From assembly GCA_964412505.1 (NCBI GenBank), contig CAYPOM010000004.1, positions 14,761-78,760 on the forward strand: a DNA stretch of 64,000 bases, in the 5' to 3' direction. The translations under genes were made by a program, and so were the position numbers. Source of the stretch: an uncultured Alphaproteobacteria bacterium (lineage in GTDB: Bacteria > Pseudomonadota > Alphaproteobacteria > UBA3830 > CAYLKK01). This document shows, one piece after another, positions 58,151-64,000 of the stretch (positions are counted from its first letter, which is position 1; every line of letters starts with the position of its first letter). The notes under the pieces were generated by a model, which did no database searches, was not told where the DNA came from, and saw only the letters and a program-made list of their open reading frames with translations.

Positions 58151-58705
58151 TTATTTGAAAATTTCTGGATATAAAATTAATAACCCTTTTCTAGCATATC
58201 GATACCCAGTAATTATTGTGAAAATAGACGATAGCCACAATGAGTATATGCCTAAACTGAAAACATTTGCATTTTCGCTTGCGTAAGCGAATAACAAACA
58301 AGAGATTGCTAGCATCTGCGTAAATGTTTTCCATTTTGAAAATTTTGTTACAGGAATTATTTGCTGAATTTGAGCAAGATAAGAACGCAATCCTGAAACA
58401 AGTATTTCTCGCGCCAAAATAATTGCAGATGGAATTAAATGTATTCCATATACAATGCCATGGCCAGAAAGCATAAGTAAGACGATAGCTACAAGTAATT
58501 TGTCTGCTATCGGATCAAAAATTTTCCCAAAATTCGATATTTGATGCCATTGTCTTGCTAAATATCCATCAAAAAAATCAGTTATACATGCACACACATA
58601 TAATGTAGCTGCAATATATTTGATAGATTGACCATCGAAATAAAAACATGCCATAATTATTGGAATTACTAGTATTCTAGATAGCGTAAGCAAGTTCGGT
58701 AACAT
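58151..58705 (-). CDS. pgsA: CDP-diacylglycerol--glycerol-3-phosphate 3-phosphatidyltransferase
   Basis: PNLLTLSRILVIP, DFFDGYLAR and GKIFDPIADKL (CDP-alcohol phosphatidyltransferase motif). ATG 58705 is preferred, because the track start 58765 would collide with the lgt start. Confidence 0.88.
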   Translation of the reverse strand: MLPNLLTLSRILVIPIIMACFYFDGQSIKYIAATLYVCACITDFFDGYLARQWHQISNFGKIFDPIADKLLVAIVLLMLSGHGIVYGIHLIPSAIILAREILVSGLRSYLAQIQQIIPVTKFSKWKTFTQMLAISCLLFAYASENANVFSLGIYSLWLSSIFTIITGYRYARKGLLILYPEIFK

Positions 58706-58764
58706 ATGTATCAAATAAACATCAAAAAACAGATGTATTTTATTAAATATAAGATTCCTTTTCA

Positions 58765-59556
58765 ATGTTTAGCTTTATGTTAGATCCAGTCGCTTTTGAA
58801 ATATTCGGGTTGCCAGTACGTTGGTATTCACTTGCATATATATTTGGAATATTGATTTGCTCATTTGTTTCTAAAAAATATGCCGAATGTATCGGTTATT
58901 TTCCACCTGAGAAAATAGATAAATTTTTGAATTACGCTGTCGTAGGTATAATTATTGGCGGTAGACTCGGCCATGTTTTTTTCTATGAGTCTAATTACTA
59001 TTTATCTAATTTTGCAGAGATCTTTAAAATATGGGAAGGCGGTATGTCATTCCACGGCGGTTTTATTGGGGTTGTTTGTTCCATATTTTTATTTACAAAA
59101 AATCATAAAATAAATTTTCTTTCTTTTTGTGATGTTTTAGCAATATCTACCCCTATCGGGTTATTTCTTGGTCGTATAGCAAATTTTATAAATGGAGAAC
59201 TTTTCGGGACCCAATCTTCTTGCATCTTTGCTGTTACTGCTATTGATGGAGTTTCTCGACATCCTAGTCAGCTATATGAGGCTTTTTTAGAAGGTATAGT
59301 TTTATTCGTAGTTATGCTAGTAACATTAAGAATACGAATTAGAAGCAAACTTCAATCTGGAATGTTATCTGGCGTGTTTTGTATTGGCTATGCAGTATTT
59401 CGTTTTATTTGTGAGTTTTTCAAAGAACCTGATACGTTGCTAAATTATTCTATACTTGGAAATTTTGGGATTACAATAGGACAAATCCTTTCCATTCCTA
59501 TGTTATTTGTTGGGATATATTTATTATTTTCATCTATTCGCGCCCAAAAGAATTAA
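58765..59556 (+). CDS. lgt: Prolipoprotein diacylglyceryl transferase
   Basis: RWYSLAYIFG, GGRLGHVFFY, GGMSFHGGFIG, GRIANFINGELFG and HPSQLYEAFLEG motifs. Confidence 0.92.
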   Translation: MFSFMLDPVAFEIFGLPVRWYSLAYIFGILICSFVSKKYAECIGYFPPEKIDKFLNYAVVGIIIGGRLGHVFFYESNYYLSNFAEIFKIWEGGMSFHGGFIGVVCSIFLFTKNHKINFLSFCDVLAISTPIGLFLGRIANFINGELFGTQSSCIFAVTAIDGVSRHPSQLYEAFLEGIVLFVVMLVTLRIRIRSKLQSGMLSGVFCIGYAVFRFICEFFKEPDTLLNYSILGNFGITIGQILSIPMLFVGIYLLFSSIRAQKN

Positions 59557-59660
59557 GGCTAATTTTGTTTTATAGCATAGCACTGATGATGTATTTTTTG
59601 TTAATATGTTATTAATGTTGTGAATAGTATTATCTAAATGTATATTTTACGGTGAATGTC

Positions 59661-61607
59661 ATGCTAGAAAATTTATCTAATGCCGTTAGAGGGCTTTCTG
59701 TCGATATGGTAGTTAATGCGAATAGTGGGCACCTCGGATTGCCTTTAGGTATGGCAGATTGTGTGACAGCGCTGTTTAAGAATCACATGAGATTTTCAGC
59801 TAAGAATCCAAATTGGCCCAATAGGGACCGATTCGTATTATCTGGAGGGCACGGATCAGCCCTATTATATTCTATTCTACATCTGTGTGGATACGAAAAA
59901 TTTACAATTGAAAGCCTAAAAATTTTTAGAAAATTTGATAGTATAGCATCTGGACATCCAGAATATAATATAGCTGCTGGCATTGAAATGACCACAGGAC
60001 CATTAGGGCAAGGCATCGCTACAGCTGTAGGTATGGCTCTTGCTGAGAGAATTTTGAACAATAGGTTAGGAGACGATGTAATAAATCACTTTACGTATGT
60101 TTGCGCAGGGGATGGTGATTTGATGGAGGGCATATCTCATGAAGCTTGCTCTTTAGCTGGCGTATTAGGATTAGGGAAGCTAATTGTTCTATATGATAAC
60201 AATAAAATCACAGTAGATGGACGCACAGATATTACTTGTAATGACGATGTTACAAAACGTTTTGAAAGTTATGGCTGGCATGTTGTTTGTGCTGATGGAC
60301 ACAATGAACAAGAAATTTCAAATGCCATTTTCCAAGCTAAAGTAGATGATAAAAGACCGTCTATAGTAATTTGCAGTACTAAAATCGGTTTTGGTACTGA
60401 TTTCGAATGTAGCAAAGATGCACATTGCGGAATTTTAAATAAACAGCAAGTAATCGAATTTAAAAGAAAAATAGGAATTCCTCAAGACTCTTTTGCTGTT
60501 CATGAAGATGCAATGATAGAGTGGAGAGAGATTGGCAGCAGATATAATCAGTGTGCAGATGATTGGTATCAACAATATCACGATATTTTTAATAAGATAA
60601 AAGAAGAACAAAAGGTTGCTTTTAAGCGAGTTTTTAGATCATTTAAAAAAGACTTCTTTATCTCTCGTCCGTATGAAGCAACTCGTTCTATCTCTCAGAA
60701 GATCATTGCAGAACTATGTACAGCTTCCAATTTTATAATTTCTGGCTCTTGTGATTTAGGGACATCTACTGGATGCATGAATGCAAATAGCAGACCTATT
60801 AAAGCAGAAGACTATAGCGGTAATTACATACACTATGGTGTGAGAGAACATGCTATGGGCGCAATAATTAATGGTATTACTCTGCATGGCGGATTAGTCG
60901 CTTTTGGCGGTGGATTTCTAGCTTTTAGTGATTACATGAAACCTGCAATAAGGTTAGCTGCAATGATGAATATACCATCGATTTTTGTGTTTTCTCATGA
61001 TTCTATAGGAGTTGGAGAAGATGGCCCGACACACCAACCCGTAGAACAATTAGCTGGTTTGCGGTCTATTCCAAATTTGAATGTTTTTAGACCTGCAGAT
61101 GCATTAGAAACATCTGAATGCTGGGAAACAGCTTTAAATCTAGATAATCCATCTGTTATAGTCCTGACTCGCCAAAAAGTTCTAAGTGTTAGATTTTGCG
61201 GAAGAGATAATTTATGTTCGAGAGGTGGTTATCTACTATATGAAGATTCTACAAATAACCAAAATAAAGTGACGATTATCGCTACCGGTTCTGAAGTAGG
61301 GATAGCCTTAGAAGTACGAAGCGTTTTGATGAAGAAAGATATATCAGTAAACATAGTATCTATGCCATCTTTGAATATTTTTGATAAGCAATCAGAGAGT
61401 TATAAACAAGAAGTGTTAGGCCAAAAGCCTATAATCGTAATAGAAGCTGCTTCTGGATTTGGTTGGCATAAATATTACGGGAACGACGGGATGTTTTTCG
61501 GTGTGAATAATTTCGGAAAATCTGCTAAATATATAGAAAATTTTAACTTTTTTAATTTAAACTCTAGCCATATAGTACATGAGGTACTGAAAAAATACGG
61601 TTACTAA
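59661..61607 (+). CDS. tkt: Transketolase
   Basis: SGHLGLPLG, DRFVLSGGH, GPLGQG, GDGDLMEGISHEA and HDSIGVGEDGPTHQP motifs. ATG 59661 is preferred over GTG 59652. Confidence 0.92.
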   Translation: MLENLSNAVRGLSVDMVVNANSGHLGLPLGMADCVTALFKNHMRFSAKNPNWPNRDRFVLSGGHGSALLYSILHLCGYEKFTIESLKIFRKFDSIASGHPEYNIAAGIEMTTGPLGQGIATAVGMALAERILNNRLGDDVINHFTYVCAGDGDLMEGISHEACSLAGVLGLGKLIVLYDNNKITVDGRTDITCNDDVTKRFESYGWHVVCADGHNEQEISNAIFQAKVDDKRPSIVICSTKIGFGTDFECSKDAHCGILNKQQVIEFKRKIGIPQDSFAVHEDAMIEWREIGSRYNQCADDWYQQYHDIFNKIKEEQKVAFKRVFRSFKKDFFISRPYEATRSISQKIIAELCTASNFIISGSCDLGTSTGCMNANSRPIKAEDYSGNYIHYGVREHAMGAIINGITLHGGLVAFGGGFLAFSDYMKPAIRLAAMMNIPSIFVFSHDSIGVGEDGPTHQPVEQLAGLRSIPNLNVFRPADALETSECWETALNLDNPSVIVLTRQKVLSVRFCGRDNLCSRGGYLLYEDSTNNQNKVTIIATGSEVGIALEVRSVLMKKDISVNIVSMPSLNIFDKQSESYKQEVLGQKPIIVIEAASGFGWHKYYGNDGMFFGVNNFGKSAKYIENFNFFNLNSSHIVHEVLKKYGY

Positions 61608-61704
61608 CGCCGTTGCATGCTAGCAAATATTTTTTGCATATATCCTCTAGTTTTACATTTTTTGCTAGCGTGTTTTTCATTTTTCATACTGCGGAGATTC
61701 ATGC

Positions 61705-62709
61705 ATGAAAATAGCAATAAATGGTTTTGGTAGAATTGGTCGTTTAGTTTTTCGGGAATTAGCTTTAAATACAATCAGTGATTTAGACATTGTTGCGATT
61801 AATGATTTATCTTGTTCTAGCGTAGCATCCCATTTGCTAAAATACGATTCTGTCCATGGGCGCCTTAATGCTGAAATTTCTTGCGAAGAAAATAAAATAA
61901 TATGTAATGGTAAAAAAATTCATTATTCTTCCATTACTTCTCCAGATAATTTAGATACATGGCGTGATCTTGGAGTCGATCTTGTTCTTGAGTGTACAGG
62001 AAAATTTAAAAGCAAAGAGAAATGTGTTGGATATATAAAAAATGGTGCAAAGAAAATTATCATTTCAGCGCCTGGGGAAAATGTAGACAAAACTATTGTA
62101 TTTGGCGTAAATGATGATTGCATTACAAAAGACGATAACGTATTATCATGTGCATCTTGTACAACTAATTGTTTAGCACCATTAGTTAAGGTGTTAAAGG
62201 ATTCAGTAGGGATTGAGTCCGGAGATATGTTGACGATTCATTCTTATACAGGAGACCAAAGATTAGTAGACATGAGCCATACTGATTTGAGAAGAAGTCG
62301 TGCTGCTGCTTGTAATATCGTGCCTACTTCGACTGGAGCAGCAAAGGCGATAGGTCTTATTTTTCCTGATTTAGTCGGGAAATTACATGGGTATGCAATG
62401 AGAGTTCCGACTCCAAATGTTTCTTTTGTGAATTTTACATTTGTTTCAAAAAGAAATACTTCTACAGAAGAGATAAATGATTTAATGAAATCAGCTGCAG
62501 AAACATACTTATGCGGGATTCTATATTATAATGATGAAAAGTTAGTTTCCTCTGATTTTATCAGTACGAAGTATAGTTCTATTTTTGATTCTACGCTTAC
62601 AAATGTACAAAATGGGAATTTATGTACTGTTGCGTCTTGGTATGACAATGAGTATGCATTTGCATGTAGGATGATCGATATAGCTACAAAATTATTTAAT
62701 TACATGTAA
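61705..62709 (+). CDS. gap: Glyceraldehyde-3-phosphate dehydrogenase
   Basis: INGFGRIGR, SCASCTTNCLAP and WYDNEYAF motifs. Confidence 0.92.
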   Translation: MKIAINGFGRIGRLVFRELALNTISDLDIVAINDLSCSSVASHLLKYDSVHGRLNAEISCEENKIICNGKKIHYSSITSPDNLDTWRDLGVDLVLECTGKFKSKEKCVGYIKNGAKKIIISAPGENVDKTIVFGVNDDCITKDDNVLSCASCTTNCLAPLVKVLKDSVGIESGDMLTIHSYTGDQRLVDMSHTDLRRSRAAACNIVPTSTGAAKAIGLIFPDLVGKLHGYAMRVPTPNVSFVNFTFVSKRNTSTEEINDLMKSAAETYLCGILYYNDEKLVSSDFISTKYSSIFDSTLTNVQNGNLCTVASWYDNEYAFACRMIDIATKLFNYM

Positions 62710-62720
62710 CTACGCATTAT

Positions 62721-63656
62721 TTATAAAGCATATATAATTACAGATATAAACAAAATTGGGATTAAATAAAACCAGAATCCTCTTAAAATATTGTAGAACC
62801 TAAATCTTGGAAGAACTGCTCTTATAAAGATCATTGAAATTAATATTACAAAAGTTTTTGCTAACAGCACCATGCTTCCAATCAGATAAGAATTAGAAAT
62901 TATATTTATTCCACCAAGGAACAATATTGCTCCTATACAACTTACTAAGCATAAGTTTGTGTATTCGCTGATATAAAAAAGGCAAAATAATATAGAAGAG
63001 TATTCAGTGTGGTATCCTGCAATTAATTCTTGTTCTGCTTCAAGAGTGTCGAATGGCGTACGGTTGCACATAGCCAATGTAACGCAAATATATATTATGA
63101 ATATATGTGGAAGCTTTAAAACATTCCATATTTCTTGCTTGTTAGCAATAACAGAAATATCAAAAGAGTTATAAGCTAATGCAATGTTTAAAAGGCATAA
63201 GCAAAAACATAATTCATACGAAAATACTTGAATTATTGCCCTGCAAGAACCTAACTTTTGATATACAGAATCTACAGTTAATCCAGATAGGCATTCGCCA
63301 AATGATGAGATCAATGAAAATACCATTATAATTAGTAATGAATATTCACTTTCGAATAATGGTGTTTTATTAAAAATCGGAAGTAGGCAAAACGTCATCA
63401 TTTGAAAAGTGATAGGGATTAATGGAGCAATAACGAATAATATTTTATCTGCTTTGTTTGGAAATAAAATCTGTTTATTGAGTAATTTTATACAGTCAGC
63501 TACTGGCTGTAGGATGCCATTCCAGCCACAAACATTAGGCCCTTTCCGTAGTTGAAATAAAGCTAAGATTTTACGTTCTAAATATGTCACAAATGCTACG
63601 ATAAGCATTATAGAAGTAGCGAACAAAATAACATCTAGGAACAAAGAAAAATTCAT
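62721..63656 (-). CDS. nuoH: NADH-quinone oxidoreductase subunit H, divergent, solitary
   Basis: VTYLERKILALFQLRKGPN, LQPVADCIKLL, NRTPFDTLEAEQELIAGYHTEYSS. 311 aa, polytopic. No adjacent nuo genes. Confidence 0.8.
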   Translation of the reverse strand: MNFSLFLDVILFATSIMLIVAFVTYLERKILALFQLRKGPNVCGWNGILQPVADCIKLLNKQILFPNKADKILFVIAPLIPITFQMMTFCLLPIFNKTPLFESEYSLLIIMVFSLISSFGECLSGLTVDSVYQKLGSCRAIIQVFSYELCFCLCLLNIALAYNSFDISVIANKQEIWNVLKLPHIFIIYICVTLAMCNRTPFDTLEAEQELIAGYHTEYSSILFCLFYISEYTNLCLVSCIGAILFLGGINIISNSYLIGSMVLLAKTFVILISMIFIRAVLPRFRFYNILRGFWFYLIPILFISVIIYAL

Positions 63657-63829
63657 CTCAAGATTTCCTTACTATCAATAATTCTGTATAAGTTAAGGCA
63701 AAACAGCCTAAATGCATGTAAAATATACATCATGATAATAAGCTCATGCAATGTGCTTATACTGTAGTTGCATTTTATTTATTCATATGGTCTAATGCAA
63801 CAGTTGTATTTCTTATTGGTAGATTGTTT

Positions 63830-64000
63830 ATGGTTGTCGAGAATTTAGCTCAAGTAAAAAGAAGGACTAGTGAGATAGACTTAATAATTGGAGAAAGAAT
63901 AAAAGCAAAAAGACTAGAAGTCGGTCTTGGGCAGAGCGCTTTAGCTAAAAAACTTGGTATAACATTTCAGCAGTTGCAAAAGTATGAAAAGGGCCTCAAT
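63830..64000 (+). CDS. XRE-family HTH protein, 5' part only (runs off the window)
   Basis: MVVENLAQVKRRTSEIDLIIGERIKAKRLEVGLGQSALAKKLGITFQQLQKYEKGLN is a classic HTH_3. 57 codons are open to the window end. Confidence 0.7.
   Translation, partial: MVVENLAQVKRRTSEIDLIIGERIKAKRLEVGLGQSALAKKLGITFQQLQKYEKGLN

Overview
64-kb window from a very AT-rich (about 30% G+C by eye), gene-dense, apparently reduced bacterial genome. ctrA, gapR/DUF2312, divergent lpoA-like/rsmI, tkt-gap and a dcw block point to an alphaproteobacterium, probably a Rickettsiales/Holosporales-like intracellular symbiont; this is inference, no database was searched. Standard code 11: TAA, TAG and TGA all terminate recognisable genes. 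I support about 60 CDS, 5 tRNAs (Leu-GAG, Leu-UAG, Leu-UAA, Arg-UCU, Arg-CCG, all with encoded CCA), a few intrinsic terminators and one consensus promoter. I saw no rRNA, CRISPR array, transposase or integrase. The backbone is housekeeping: rsmI, kdsA, secG, rpmE, tsaC, recJ, clpP, tig, rplI, hemW, rph, comEC, hpf, iscA-hscB-hscA, murJ, trmL, nadK, rsmH-ftsL-ftsI-murE-murF-mraY-murD-ftsW, ctrA, rpmH-rnpA, rarA, mnmA, pgsA, lgt, tkt, gap. Three genes missing from the ORF track were found by hand: rpmH, a 49-codon Flp pilin, and a window-truncated LpoA-like lipoprotein. Several track ORFs needed shorter starts because they ran into tRNAs or terminators. Between the core genes sit many lineage-specific genes with Sec or lipoprotein signal peptides. 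These include five large orphans (one split by a single in-frame TAA), an RNI-type LRR lipoprotein, two tandem GT25 glycosyltransferases and an FkbM methyltransferase; all five tRNAs abut such genes. Candidates for something new, none proven from sequence alone: (1) this tRNA-flanked set of exported cofactor-dependent enzymes and orphans, together with a minimal lipoprotein-secretin + prepilin pair and an orphan Flp pilin; (2) a kinase-like protein with neither a receiver Asp nor an H-box His; (3) solitary, divergent nuoD (short form) and nuoH; (4) a degenerate ISC chaperone module; (5) a lone mevalonate-kinase-like gene; (6) a compositionally foreign cI/XRE + Ea22-like phage remnant.
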